Origin: Sedimentisphaerales bacterium
GTDB taxonomy: Bacteria; Planctomycetota; Phycisphaerae; Sedimentisphaerales; UBA12454
Length of the DNA: 64,000 nt
Direction of reading: 5' to 3'
Assembly: GCA_049518795.1 (NCBI GenBank)
Contig: JBEKRK010000003.1
Span: 99,854 to 163,853, forward strand
Part shown: piece after piece, positions 42,622 through 52,647 of the stretch
How the letters are laid out: the number at the start of each line of letters is the position of its first letter
Numbering within the stretch: the stretch's first letter is position 1
The notes under the pieces: model-generated
The model's database searches: none
The model's input: only the letters and a program-made list of their open reading frames with translations
What the model was told of the DNA's origin: nothing
Made by a program: the position numbers and the translations under genes

Positions 42622-44400
42622 TTATTTCTTTTCATAGAGCAGACGATAAACATATATGTACCGTCTTTCATTAGCTTTTAACTGCGTGATAAACTGATAA
42701 GGGCCAACATCGCGACCTGCGGCAAGGGGAGCAAGATTTTGCATCTTCCAGATTTTATAATAATCATCCTGCGGCACAAGCCCTATTCTCGAATCCCAGG
42801 CAACGTAAGTAATATTTTTTCTGTAACATTCCTGGACAAATTCAGCAGGCGAGTTTACATCACGAAAGCGGTCTATCGGAATAAAATAATCGGTATATTG
42901 CGGGGCCATTGACTCAAGAAGATTGGCCATTGTGCATACGAGTTTTTCGCCACTTTTGGCGTTTTGAATATACCAATCGGCGAGAAATTTAAATTCGATA
43001 TCGCCTTGGCCGTTGCCCAATAAAGGCGCAACAACAAACTGATTGGAGACGATAATCAGAATCATCAGCATCAGAACAGTGACTTTTTTTAATACGTTGT
43101 TTTTATGCGCAAGAAAACAGGCGGTAAGAACAGCCAAAACAACCAATATCGAAACATACGGCAAGGATGTGCTTGCTTTGCTCATTGGGGCCAATCTCGA
43201 TAAGTAACCGGACAACGCAAAAGCCCATATAAAAGCTATCATCAACAGGACGGATTGCAATAAAATTATAATGCCCTGGGGGATTTTTAAATTCTCGTTT
43301 ATTAAATTCCAGAAACTCTGCAGGCCGTAAATGCAGATGAGCAAAACTATCCCAAATATCGTCGCGTAATAGCGAGGCACAAGAAACGGATATTTCGCGT
43401 GAAGCCAGAAATACGGCACAATAAACAAAAGCAGAACCAGTATCTTCCATTGGCGTTTTAAAAGGCCATATACAGAACCAAACAGGAAACTGACAAGAAC
43501 AAAGAATTTGCTTAAATTCATAAGCGATTGAGCAGTATCCTGACCTGTTCCGGGAGAGGGCAAAAATAACTGATAGAACCCGACCTGCCAGAGCAAATCG
43601 GCGTTTTTTATAAAGCCGGTCTTGGCGGCAACATCGCCGACGAACTGCTGTTTGTATTCTTTTGTAAAAAACTTAAAATAATGAGTCGTCCCCATTCCCT
43701 TTTCAAGAAAAACAGTTCCCGCAAGCCACAATAAAAGCGGCGCCGAAGCAACGGCAGCAAAAATAAAAGACTGGATTCGTTCTTTTTTATCTTTCGCTTC
43801 AATCATATCCAGAACAAAGGCGCAAAGGATAAGGGCAGCTCCCTCATAGCGAACCATCGAGGTCAGAGCGGCAAGTAAATAAGCCCATTTTGACCTTATG
43901 AAGATAAGATATAATGTAGCCCAGATGAAAAACAACAGAGTCGTTTCGGCGATGGCCTCGGTCAAAAGCTGCAGGCCCCAGGGATTGATTATCGCAATAA
44001 TGGCAAACCAGATTGCGGCGCGGCCGATGATTTTGCGGCCGACGAGCCATAATAAAACGGCAGTTAAAGAATGAGCGATCGAATTGAGCAGCCAGGCGCC
44101 TGTAAAATCGGGGTTTGGGCCGCCGGTGATTTTGCCGAGAGATATCTGCAATATTCCCAGCAGCGGCACTCTTTTAAAATCGGCAGGCATCTGGAAAGAG
44201 AGAATCTGCCTGCCAATCGCGGTAAAACCTGTAAAATCAGGATGCGGCACAACCTTATGCCCCCAATAAATAACAGCCTGATAGACGCCGAACGCCAGGA
44301 GCAGGAAGAATAAAAAAATCTCGGTCTGTTTTTGTTTTTTATCGTCCTGCGGTAAAATTTGGGCTATAACTTGTGCGTTTTTTTGTTTTTTCTGCTTCAT
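42622..44400 (-). CDS. Polytopic membrane protein, probable GT-C (ArnT/PMT-like) glycosyltransferase
   Basis: It has roughly 12 or more TM helices followed by a soluble C-terminal domain. The assignment rests on architecture only. Confidence 0.4.
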   Translation of the reverse strand: MKQKKQKNAQVIAQILPQDDKKQKQTEIFLFFLLLAFGVYQAVIYWGHKVVPHPDFTGFTAIGRQILSFQMPADFKRVPLLGILQISLGKITGGPNPDFTGAWLLNSIAHSLTAVLLWLVGRKIIGRAAIWFAIIAIINPWGLQLLTEAIAETTLLFFIWATLYLIFIRSKWAYLLAALTSMVRYEGAALILCAFVLDMIEAKDKKERIQSFIFAAVASAPLLLWLAGTVFLEKGMGTTHYFKFFTKEYKQQFVGDVAAKTGFIKNADLLWQVGFYQLFLPSPGTGQDTAQSLMNLSKFFVLVSFLFGSVYGLLKRQWKILVLLLFIVPYFWLHAKYPFLVPRYYATIFGIVLLICIYGLQSFWNLINENLKIPQGIIILLQSVLLMIAFIWAFALSGYLSRLAPMSKASTSLPYVSILVVLAVLTACFLAHKNNVLKKVTVLMLMILIIVSNQFVVAPLLGNGQGDIEFKFLADWYIQNAKSGEKLVCTMANLLESMAPQYTDYFIPIDRFRDVNSPAEFVQECYRKNITYVAWDSRIGLVPQDDYYKIWKMQNLAPLAAGRDVGPYQFITQLKANERRYIYVYRLLYEKK

Positions 44401-44403
44401 AAT

Positions 44404-45468
44404 TTATTGTCCGAAAAGTGTTCTGATTTTTTCTTCATTCGGCTGCTCAATAATACCAAATTCGGTAATAATTGCGGTTATATTTTCGGCCTCAGTTACA
44501 TCGAAAGCGGGATTATAAACATTCACATCCTTTGGGGCAGTCTGGACATTCATAAAATTGGATACTTCATCAGACTGCCTTTGTTCAATAGGGATTTGAC
44601 GGCCGGTTTTTAATTTTAAATCAAATGTGCTCGAAGGCGCAGCAACATAGAAAGGTATTTTGTGCGCTTTTGCCAGAACGCTTAAAGAATAAGTCCCGAT
44701 TTTGTTGGCGGTATCGCCATTGGCTGCGATTCTGTCTGCGCCGACAAAACAGGCATTTATTTTGCCTTCCTTCATCAAAGCTCCCGCCATATTGTCGCAG
44801 ATAAGCGTAACATCAATGCCGGCCTGCATAAGCTCCCAGGCGGTAAGTCTTGCACCCTGCAGAAGCGGCCTTGTCTCATCAACGTAAACTTTAAACTTTT
44901 TTCCTTTTCTCTGTGCTTCAAATATCGCTGCAAGAGCAGTGCCGTCCCCAGCCGTTGCCAAAGCGCCTGCATTACAATGAGTAAGAACCGCTCCATTATC
45001 AGGAATAAATATTTCGCCATTTAGACCGATTTTACGGCACATTTGGACATCCTCGTCATAAATTTTCTGCGATTCATTGAGCAGACGTTTTTTCAAATTC
45101 TCAACTGACTCGCCGGGGCTGTGCTTTGCGAAACTGCGGGCGATATTCTTCATTCTCTCTATTGCCCAGGAAAGATTGACGGCTGTTGGTCTTGATTTTG
45201 ACAGGAAATCAGCTTTTTTTTCAATAAGGCCGACCGCATCGGAAAGTTTTAAACCATCGGTCTGCTGTGCCGCGAGGCAAACACCAAACGCGGCGGCTAC
45301 GCCTATCGCAGGAGCCCCTCGGACAGCGAGAGTTTTTATTGCTTCATATAACTGTTCAACAGATTTACACTGTATTATGACAAATTCTGCAGGTAATCTC
45401 TTCTGGTCTATCAGTTCCAGATATCCATCTGCATCGCCAATCCATTGAAGTGTCTTAAAGGTCTTCAA
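44404..45468 (-). CDS. mtnA: S-methyl-5-thioribose-1-phosphate isomerase
   Basis: LELIDQKRLP...TLAVRGAPAIGVAAAFG and the GADRIAANGDTANKIGTY pattern are present. Confidence 0.9.
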   Translation of the reverse strand: MKTFKTLQWIGDADGYLELIDQKRLPAEFVIIQCKSVEQLYEAIKTLAVRGAPAIGVAAAFGVCLAAQQTDGLKLSDAVGLIEKKADFLSKSRPTAVNLSWAIERMKNIARSFAKHSPGESVENLKKRLLNESQKIYDEDVQMCRKIGLNGEIFIPDNGAVLTHCNAGALATAGDGTALAAIFEAQRKGKKFKVYVDETRPLLQGARLTAWELMQAGIDVTLICDNMAGALMKEGKINACFVGADRIAANGDTANKIGTYSLSVLAKAHKIPFYVAAPSSTFDLKLKTGRQIPIEQRQSDEVSNFMNVQTAPKDVNVYNPAFDVTEAENITAIITEFGIIEQPNEEKIRTLFGQ

Positions 45469-45470
45469 AT

Positions 45471-48323
45471 TTATTCCTTGTTCTTTTTGCCGTTCAGATA
45501 TTTTTTAAGATACCGGGCAGTGTAACTTTTTTCAACCTTAATAACTTCCTCGGGCGTTCCAGCGGCGATAATCTGCCCGCCAGCCTGGCCGCCTTCGGGG
45601 CCAAGGTCGATAATGTAATCAGCAAGCTTGATTACATCAAGATTGTGCTCAATTACAATCACGGTATTGCCTAAATCGCTCAATCTCTGCAAAACGTTGA
45701 GCAGGTTATGTATATCGGCAAAATGCAGGCCCGTAGTCGGCTCATCAAGCAGATACAGCGTATGGCCTGTCGAGCTTTTGCCGAGCTCAGCGGCAAGTTT
45801 GACTCTCTGGGCCTCGCCGCCTGACAGAGTTGTCGAAGACTGGCCAAGCTGCATATAACCAAGACCAACGTCGCTCAAAGTCTTGAGCAGTTCGACAATT
45901 TTCGGGAAGCTAGCAAAAAATTTCAATGCCTCTTCGACCCGCATATCGAGAACATCTGCAATATTTTTCCCTTTATAAGTAATCTGCAAAGTCTCTGAAT
46001 TATATCTTTTTCCCTTGCACTGCTGGCAGATGACGTAAACATCGGGCAGGAAGTGCATTTCGATTTTCTTTGTGCCCTGGCCCTGACAGTCTTCGCACCT
46101 GCCGCCTTTGATATTAAAACTGAATCTGCCGGGGCTGTAACCCCTGATTCTTGCTTCGCGGGTTTTCGCAAACAATTGCCTTATCAGGTCAAACAGGCCT
46201 GTATAAGTAACAGGATTGCTGCGAGGAGTTTTACCGATTGGCGACTGGTCGATTTCGATAACTTTGTCAATCTGACTTGTGCCGAGAATGTTTTTGTGCT
46301 TACCGGGCTTTAGACCGGCGTTATATAATCTTCTTTTCAGACCTTTTAAAAGAATTTCGGTAATAAGCGTGCTTTTCCCTGAGCCGGAAACACCCGTTAT
46401 ACAAGTAAAAGTGCCGAGCGGAAATTTAACATCTATGTTTTTTAAATTATTTTCCGCCGCTCCTTTTACTTCGAGGCAATAATTCATCCTGACTTTTCGC
46501 CTTTTAACCGGCAGCTCAATTTTTTTTCTGCCTGAAAGGTAATCGCCTGTCAGCGACTGTGGACAATTGCATATATCTTCAATACCGCCCTGCGCCACGA
46601 GACGGCCGCCGTTGTCGCCTGCGGCAGGTCCAATATCAATTATATGGTCGGCGTTTTTTATAACATCCTCATCATGCTCGACAACAATGACCGTATTGCC
46701 AATGTCGGTTAGTTTCCTTAATATGCCCAGCAGCCTTTGATTGTCCCTCCTGTGCAGGCCGATAGTCGGCTCATCAAGAACATAACAGCAGCCGACAAGG
46801 CCGCTGCCGACCTGAGTGGCAAGTCTTATTCTTTGGGCTTCGCCGCCGCTTAATGTGCCGCTCCTGCGGTCGAGGGTCAGATAACCCAGGCCGACGTCAA
46901 CAAGAAATTTCAATCTCGCTTTTATCTCCTTCAAAGGCTGAACAGCTATTAAGGTTTTTTCGCCGTCGAATTTAAGATTATCAAAAAAGACCTGCGCTTC
47001 CTCGACGCTCATTTGAGCGACATCGCTGATGTTTTTGTTTCCTATCGTTACAGCAATTGCTTCCCTGCGAAGCCTTGCACCGTTACAAGTCCTACACGGC
47101 TGTTCAGACAAATAGCTATGCAGCCTTGCCTTGACATACTCGCTTGAAGTGTTCTGCCATCTTTTATCGAGATTCGGAATAACGCCTTCAAAGTAAACAC
47201 CGAATTTTTTCTCGTCTTCCGGAGTTGTGCCGTGCATCAGGATTTTTGCTATTTGCGGCGGGATTTTTGAAAAAGGCATTGCCTTGTTTATCCCGAAATC
47301 CCTGCAGAACTGCACAATCATCCTGCTATAAAAGATATTCATTCTCTTGCCGCCCTTGCGCCAGGCATCAATGGCGCCGTTTTCAAGAGACAAATTCCTG
47401 TCAGGCACAATCAGGTCTTCATCAAATTCAAGTATCGTTCCCAGGCCGTCGCAGCTTCCGCAGGCCCCATAAGGGCTGTTAAAGCTGAATAGTCTCGGCG
47501 AAAGCTCTTCAAGAGAGGCCTGCGGATGCTCATCGCAGGCGAATTTTTCGCTGTAAATAATGTCTTTCCATTGACCATTGCCGCCGGTTTTCTTATCAAC
47601 GCCGGACTCCTGAACCATAACAAGCACAACACTATCGCCGAACTTCAGAGTAGCTTCAATTGAATCCGCAAGCCTGATTCGCACCGTGTCTTTTATGATT
47701 AATCTGTCCACAACCGCGGCAATATCGTGTTTTTTATTCTTGTCCAGCTTAGGTAAATTTTTGATGTCGTAAATCGTTCCATCGACGCGCGCCCGCACAA
47801 AACCCTGACTTTGAATTCCTGCAAAAATATCCCTGTGCTCGCCTTTCTGGCCGCGAATTAAAGGCGCACAAATCTGAATTTTCGTTTCCGCCGGCATCGA
47901 CATAATATTGTCAACAATCTGTGTGGCGTGCTGACTTGAGATTTCCTTGCCACAAATCCAGCAATGCGGTGTCCCCGCCCTTGCGAAAAGCACCCTGCAA
48001 TAATCATAAATTTCCGTCGTCGTCGCCACAGTAGAACGCGGATTGCTTGCTGCGCTTCGCTGCTCAATCGCAATTGTCGGAGGAAGACCCTCAATATTCT
48101 CCACATCGGGCTTCTGCATCTGCTCAAGAAACTGCCGGGCATACGCGCTTAGCGACTCAACATATTTTCGCTGCCCTTCGGCGTATATAGTATCAAAAGC
48201 AAGCGAACTTTTTCCTGAGCCGCTGATGCCTGTGATTACGACAAATTTGTCGCGCGGAATCTCGACGTTTATATTCTTGAGATTGTGCTGACAGGCTCCG
48301 GTTATTTTTATTGATTTTTGCAT
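45471..48323 (-). CDS. uvrA: Excinuclease ABC subunit A
   Basis: [44 protein letters not shown], the two ABC modules and the zinc fingers are present. I moved the start to the ATG at 48323. The TTG at 48344 lies inside a repeat. Confidence 0.97.
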   Translation of the reverse strand: MQKSIKITGACQHNLKNINVEIPRDKFVVITGISGSGKSSLAFDTIYAEGQRKYVESLSAYARQFLEQMQKPDVENIEGLPPTIAIEQRSAASNPRSTVATTTEIYDYCRVLFARAGTPHCWICGKEISSQHATQIVDNIMSMPAETKIQICAPLIRGQKGEHRDIFAGIQSQGFVRARVDGTIYDIKNLPKLDKNKKHDIAAVVDRLIIKDTVRIRLADSIEATLKFGDSVVLVMVQESGVDKKTGGNGQWKDIIYSEKFACDEHPQASLEELSPRLFSFNSPYGACGSCDGLGTILEFDEDLIVPDRNLSLENGAIDAWRKGGKRMNIFYSRMIVQFCRDFGINKAMPFSKIPPQIAKILMHGTTPEDEKKFGVYFEGVIPNLDKRWQNTSSEYVKARLHSYLSEQPCRTCNGARLRREAIAVTIGNKNISDVAQMSVEEAQVFFDNLKFDGEKTLIAVQPLKEIKARLKFLVDVGLGYLTLDRRSGTLSGGEAQRIRLATQVGSGLVGCCYVLDEPTIGLHRRDNQRLLGILRKLTDIGNTVIVVEHDEDVIKNADHIIDIGPAAGDNGGRLVAQGGIEDICNCPQSLTGDYLSGRKKIELPVKRRKVRMNYCLEVKGAAENNLKNIDVKFPLGTFTCITGVSGSGKSTLITEILLKGLKRRLYNAGLKPGKHKNILGTSQIDKVIEIDQSPIGKTPRSNPVTYTGLFDLIRQLFAKTREARIRGYSPGRFSFNIKGGRCEDCQGQGTKKIEMHFLPDVYVICQQCKGKRYNSETLQITYKGKNIADVLDMRVEEALKFFASFPKIVELLKTLSDVGLGYMQLGQSSTTLSGGEAQRVKLAAELGKSSTGHTLYLLDEPTTGLHFADIHNLLNVLQRLSDLGNTVIVIEHNLDVIKLADYIIDLGPEGGQAGGQIIAAGTPEEVIKVEKSYTARYLKKYLNGKKNKE

Positions 48324-48333
48324 TACTTTTCCC

Positions 48334-48449
48334 TTAGCCACCAAGACACCCCGATGAGATAGTCAAAGACATCTCACAGGGTAAACTCCGGCATGAAGTT
48401 TTTTAATTATATATATTATTCTTAGTGTCTTAGCGCCTTTGTGGCTATC
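48334..48449. repeat. Family A element (left arm interrupted by a family P hairpin) in the uvrA/nfi divergent spacer
   Basis: It consists of ttagccaccaagacac (48334-48349), the P copy 48349-48381, an AT-rich centre and cttagtgtcttagcgcctttgtggcta (48421-48447). Confidence 0.7.
48349..48381. repeat. Family P hairpin repeat (opposite orientation)
   Basis: The sequence is ccccgatgagatagtc-aaa-gacatctcacaggg. Confidence 0.75.
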
Positions 48450-48560
48450 AACTTACTATTTGTATCTGCTGGCCGAAAGTTCACAATAAGCCAATTTGGC
48501 TATTGTATCATAAAGGCTCAAGAAGTAAAATACATTTATTAGGGCATTTTTTATAAGTCT

Positions 48561-49253
48561 ATGAAAACAAAGAACTTGCATAGCTGGAATATTATCCCAA
48601 AACAGGCCGTTGAGCTGCAAAAAAGCCTTGCAGGACGACTGCAGGTTCGGCCATTTACTAAAAAATTAAAAACAATCGGCGGCCTTGATTGCGCATTCAC
48701 CGATGACAAGAAAAATATTATTGCCTGCGTAATAGTTATGTCGGCAAAGACTTTTGAGATTATTGAAACCTCTTATACGGTGCAGCCGGTTAATTTTCCT
48801 TACATACCCGGCCTTTTGTCATTTCGTGAAGCACCGGCCTGTCTTGCGGCTATTGAAAAATTAAAAACGACGCCTGATTGTTTTATAGTCGATGGTCAAG
48901 GAATTGCCCATCCGAGAAGGCTGGGAATCGCAAGTCATTTGGGTCTTTTTCTCGATGTCCCGACTATGGGCTGCGCTAAAAGCAGACTCATCGGAGATTT
49001 TACTCCGCCATCGTTCCGCAAAGGTTCAACAAGTCTGTTGTTGGATAAAGGAGAAATTATTGGTTCAGTTGTCCGAACCCGCAACAATGTTAAACCAGTT
49101 TTCGTTTCTGTTGGCAATAAATGCAGACTTGTGGATGCCATTAGAATTGTTCTTGACTGCTGCGTGAAATATCGACTGCCGGAGCCGAGCAGACTTGCGC
49201 ATCAAATTGTTACAAGATTGAAAGTTGACCATAGAGGAAATTATAGTATTTAA
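48561..49253 (+). CDS. nfi: Endonuclease V
   Basis: IGGLDCAF, YIPGLLSFREAP and FIVDGQGIAHPRRLGIASHLG are present. Confidence 0.9.
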   Translation: MKTKNLHSWNIIPKQAVELQKSLAGRLQVRPFTKKLKTIGGLDCAFTDDKKNIIACVIVMSAKTFEIIETSYTVQPVNFPYIPGLLSFREAPACLAAIEKLKTTPDCFIVDGQGIAHPRRLGIASHLGLFLDVPTMGCAKSRLIGDFTPPSFRKGSTSLLLDKGEIIGSVVRTRNNVKPVFVSVGNKCRLVDAIRIVLDCCVKYRLPEPSRLAHQIVTRLKVDHRGNYSI

Positions 49254-49618
49254 GATTTGGTATTCTGCAGGATTCTCAGCTCGCTCTGAAGAATAAATTT
49301 CGTTCATTGTTCTGTGATTGTCGCAAGTCCTTTATTTTGATTTTCGAAATTTGACGTAAGTCCTTATTTTCCATTTTGAATTTATTAAAAATCTGTAAGT
49401 GATGCTCAGGCAATAACTTATATAAAAAACTCAATAAAAATTTCATTTTCCGAATCTATAAAGCGAGATTTCGTATCGGGGGGTAGTTTGATACCCCCTA
49501 AATCAAAATTTCTTGCGTTTTGACCGGTCTCGGAAACATTCAAAATTTGAGTAAAAAAGAAGGTTCGGGTTTTTAGAGCATTTTTTTCCTAGCAGTGCAG
49601 CAAAAAGCAAAATTAAAT

Positions 49619-49666
49619 GCCGAGCGGGCTTGCGCATCAGATAGTAACGAAATTGAAAAATGAAAA
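49619..49666 (+). pseudogene. Degenerate second copy of the nfi 3' end
   Basis: The segment gccgagcgggcttgcgcatcagatagtaacgaaattgaaaa matches 49184-49230 of nfi at about 36 of 45 positions. It would encode PSGLAHQIVTKLK, compared with PSRLAHQIVTRLK in nfi. Confidence 0.45.
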
Positions 49667-49691
49667 TTTATTTTTTAGCCACAGAGACCAT

Positions 49692-49719
49692 CCACCTTCG
49701 CACATTCGTGCTACGGTGG
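49692..49719. repeat. Family R hairpin, second copy, sitting inside a degenerate family A arm
   Basis: ccaccttcgcacattcgtgctacggtgg is flanked by tagccacagagac and aggcagagaacacagag. Confidence 0.6.
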
Positions 49720-49964
49720 ACAGGCAGAGAACACAGAGATATATAAAAAATCCAAAGCACTAAATCCGAAATACGAAACAAATTCAAAATTACAATTTTC
49801 AAATGTTCAAAACGGATAAAATTTATGGCCAAATGTTTTTGGGGTTCCGCACAATCTGGGTCACAGATTTGACCATAAAATCGATTCCGGCTGCAAAACC
49901 GGAAAAATCCTAATGCCTGAAATCAGCAGTATTTATCGGCCATTACTGGAATTATTCGTTAGCA

Positions 49965-50564
49965 TTAAGGATACGTCGGCTCTTCATCGAATTTGTCGAT
50001 CAGCCCCTGAGCTTTCTTAATGTGCCACCAAAGTATAAATATGCCAAAGCCAACTGCAACAACTATACATATTATAGAGCGATAGCCAAGTGATACCTTT
50101 GGTAGTTTACTCGTGAGTAGTAGATACAACCCAACTCCAACTGATATAGCGAATAGTAACGAAAAGTAGCACACTGTGTAATTGTAGTGTTTAAAGCGGC
50201 GGTGTGGGTCATTTTTATCATGTATGCGACTTTCCCATTCTAGAGGTTTGTCAGCAAATTCTTCAACCGCTGCTAGTTTTTTTTCAATGTACCAATTATA
50301 GTGGCTTGCGCGGCGCACCCTATGAGTCTCCGCCAGCCAGATATTAAGCACATATAAAGCTGTGACAGGAAGAACAACGAGAAAAACTAATATTGCAAAC
50401 TCGGAATGTGAATAATTTAATGATGTGACCCCAGCACCAACAAGTACACCCACAGATGTAAGACCGTAAGAAATTATCGTAATTCGACGCTCCAAGCACA
50501 ACAATATTTCGGCTCGAATGGCTTTATATTCCTCCAAGATTATCTGTTCTCGCGATAAAGTCAT
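49965..50564 (-). CDS. Orphan 4-TM membrane protein, unknown function
   Basis: It is 199 aa, with an amphipathic N-terminal helix (EQIILEEYKAIRAEILL) and then 4 TM helices. Long repeat-filled non-coding stretches flank it. Its GC content is lower than its neighbours. Confidence 0.5.
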   Translation of the reverse strand: MTLSREQIILEEYKAIRAEILLCLERRITIISYGLTSVGVLVGAGVTSLNYSHSEFAILVFLVVLPVTALYVLNIWLAETHRVRRASHYNWYIEKKLAAVEEFADKPLEWESRIHDKNDPHRRFKHYNYTVCYFSLLFAISVGVGLYLLLTSKLPKVSLGYRSIICIVVAVGFGIFILWWHIKKAQGLIDKFDEEPTYP

Positions 50565-50711
50565 TATTTCACCTTCTTTCTAATTCGCTCTTCTTAATAC
50601 CCAAACTTATGACTATACGGTTTCAGACAAAATTGTTTTTTCAGCGGACATCCTATCCTGCCTACCGGAGCACGTCAAATGGAATCTTCGGGCTGTGGCA
50701 GGCTGAATATT

Positions 50712-50736
50712 AAAAAAACATCGGCCTTTAGCCGAT
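50712..50736 (-). terminator. Rho-independent terminator after the lpx-cluster oxidoreductase gene
   Basis: On the minus strand the hairpin ATCGGC-taaag-GCCGAT is followed by a 7-T run (plus-strand A-run 50712-50718). It lies about 40 nt after the stop at 50776. Confidence 0.7.
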
Positions 50737-50775
50737 TCCACAATTTTGACTTTTAAATTTTGATTTTTAAATTTC

Positions 50776-51792
50776 TTAATCCCATTTGTGTTCTTTGACG
50801 GATTTTAGAATTTCCTCAGCGCATTTAAGAGCGGCCAAACCTTCGGCGGCGGTTACTTCGGGACGATTATTCTTATCGGCGACGGCATTTAAAAACGCCT
50901 CCTGCTCAACTCGCAAAGGCTCCCTGTCATCTATATCAAGCTGCTCAATATGGAGCAGGTCAGGCCAGTTTATGCCGGCAAAATCAAAGTTGCCTTCCTG
51001 CTGTTTTTGCTTGACCCATTGGACAACATCTTTATTGGGGTCGGTTTTTATAACAATTCCTTCTTTTTTAAGGAAATCAAGACTTAAATATGCCTGCCTG
51101 CTGAAGACGCGGATTTTTCTTGTTGTCTTAAGGGCAAGTCTTGAGGCTGTAACATTGGCGATACAGCCATTTTCAAAGGTAATCCTTGCGTTGCAGATAT
51201 CCTCGTGGTCTGCGACGACATTTACGCCGACGGCCTCAACTTTTTTCACAGGACTTTGGGCAAGGGCCAAAATAATATCGATATCGTGAATCATCACATC
51301 AAGGACAACGCCAATATCGGTTGAGCGGAACGGATAGGGACTAATTCTGACGGCTTCGATAAATTTAGGCTCAATTTTGAGCCGTTTCATCGCCTGAACG
51401 ACAGGATTACATCTCTCCGAATGCCCGACTGCGACAACCACATTGTATTTTTGTGAAAGCGAAACTATTTTTTCGCCTTGCTCGGCGCTTGCGGCAAGAG
51501 GTTTTTCAATAAGTATAGGAATATTATTGCTTATGAAAAGCTCGGCAAGGTCAAGATGACTTTTTGTCGGGGCGGAAATAGTTACAGCATCGACTTTTCC
51601 CAATAATTCTTTTGCATCTGCGAAAGCTGCGCATTTATATTCTTTGGCAAGTTTTTTCGCTTTTTCCTGCTGAATATCGACAATGCCGACAAGGCTGCTT
51701 TGAGGCAGTTTGCTTAAGACTTTAGCGTGAATCTGTCCCATTTTGCCGGCGCCGACTACCGCGGTTCTAAGTTTGTTTGTTGGTGCGGCCAT
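50776..51792 (-). CDS. Gfo/Idh/MocA-family NAD-dependent oxidoreductase (GnnA-like by context)
   Basis: LRTAVVGAGKMGQIHAKVL is the Rossmann N-terminus. EKPLA and the VGHSERCNP pattern are present. A TAATG overlap links it to lpxA. Confidence 0.85.
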   Translation of the reverse strand: MAAPTNKLRTAVVGAGKMGQIHAKVLSKLPQSSLVGIVDIQQEKAKKLAKEYKCAAFADAKELLGKVDAVTISAPTKSHLDLAELFISNNIPILIEKPLAASAEQGEKIVSLSQKYNVVVAVGHSERCNPVVQAMKRLKIEPKFIEAVRISPYPFRSTDIGVVLDVMIHDIDIILALAQSPVKKVEAVGVNVVADHEDICNARITFENGCIANVTASRLALKTTRKIRVFSRQAYLSLDFLKKEGIVIKTDPNKDVVQWVKQKQQEGNFDFAGINWPDLLHIEQLDIDDREPLRVEQEAFLNAVADKNNRPEVTAAEGLAALKCAEEILKSVKEHKWD

Positions 51793-52607
51793 TAGCGGTC
51801 TTTTCTTCTAAGCGTTTCAAGGTATCTGCCGAATCGATGCTGGCTGCTTTTGATCAGTGAATCAACCATAGCCTGCACATTTTCATCGAGACCGCCTTTT
51901 GCGGCAAGTTCTTTAGCGTTTTCAAGAACCGGAGTTTTGCTCTTATACAAAAATTTAAAAGCGTCTAAAACCGCTTGCTGCTGCTGTTCATTGAGGCCTG
52001 CCCGTATCATTCCTCTTTCATTTACCAATCTGACTTCCGGCGGGTAATGGCCGCTTATAGTCACAAAAGGCGTTACATCGTGATTAAGGCCGGCCATTGC
52101 GGTTGCATAACTCCATCTGCCGACTGTAGTGAACTGATGAATTAAGACGGAGGCGCTTAGCCAGACTCCTGTTTCTATTTTACAGTGTCCGCTTACCTGA
52201 GTCATATTGCTGATAACAGTCTGGTCCTCAACCACACAATCGTGCCCTAGGTGTGCGCCCACCATGATCATATTATTATTTCCTATTCTTGTTGAGCTGT
52301 CCGCGTATATGCTCGGATGTATGGTTACTAATTCCCGGATAAGGTTTTCATCTCCAATTTCAAGCAAACCGGAATAGCTGTCGGGCTTTGCGCCAAGCAT
52401 CTGAGGGTTTTTCCCGATGACGCAATTGGGATAAAAGATGTTCTTTTTCCCGATTTTAATATTTTCGCCAATTACAACATTGGCATCGAGGACGGTTTCA
52501 TCGCCTATTTCTGCTCCGGCCTCGACATAGCAATGTGGCCCGATTGAAACATCTTTTCCTATTTTGGCTTTTGAATCAATTACCGCCGACGGATGTATTT
52601 TACTCAT
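51792..52607 (-). CDS. lpxA: Acyl-ACP--UDP-N-acetylglucosamine O-acyltransferase
   Basis: IHPSAVIDSKAKIGKDVSIGPHCYV hexapeptide repeats and the GHDCVVED pattern are present. Confidence 0.9.
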   Translation of the reverse strand: MSKIHPSAVIDSKAKIGKDVSIGPHCYVEAGAEIGDETVLDANVVIGENIKIGKKNIFYPNCVIGKNPQMLGAKPDSYSGLLEIGDENLIRELVTIHPSIYADSSTRIGNNNMIMVGAHLGHDCVVEDQTVISNMTQVSGHCKIETGVWLSASVLIHQFTTVGRWSYATAMAGLNHDVTPFVTISGHYPPEVRLVNERGMIRAGLNEQQQQAVLDAFKFLYKSKTPVLENAKELAAKGGLDENVQAMVDSLIKSSQHRFGRYLETLRRKDR

Positions 52608-52647
52608 TGTTTTAATTCCTGAAAATTTGTAATAAATTTATAATTAC

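Noticed and set aside
48324-48344. The TTG start at 48344 for uvrA (the MVAKGKV extension).
   Set aside because: The extension is the outward end of a family A repeat (ttggtggctaag). ATG 48323 gives the conserved UvrA N-terminus ([10 protein letters not shown]...). In-frame use of the repeat GTG cannot be fully excluded.
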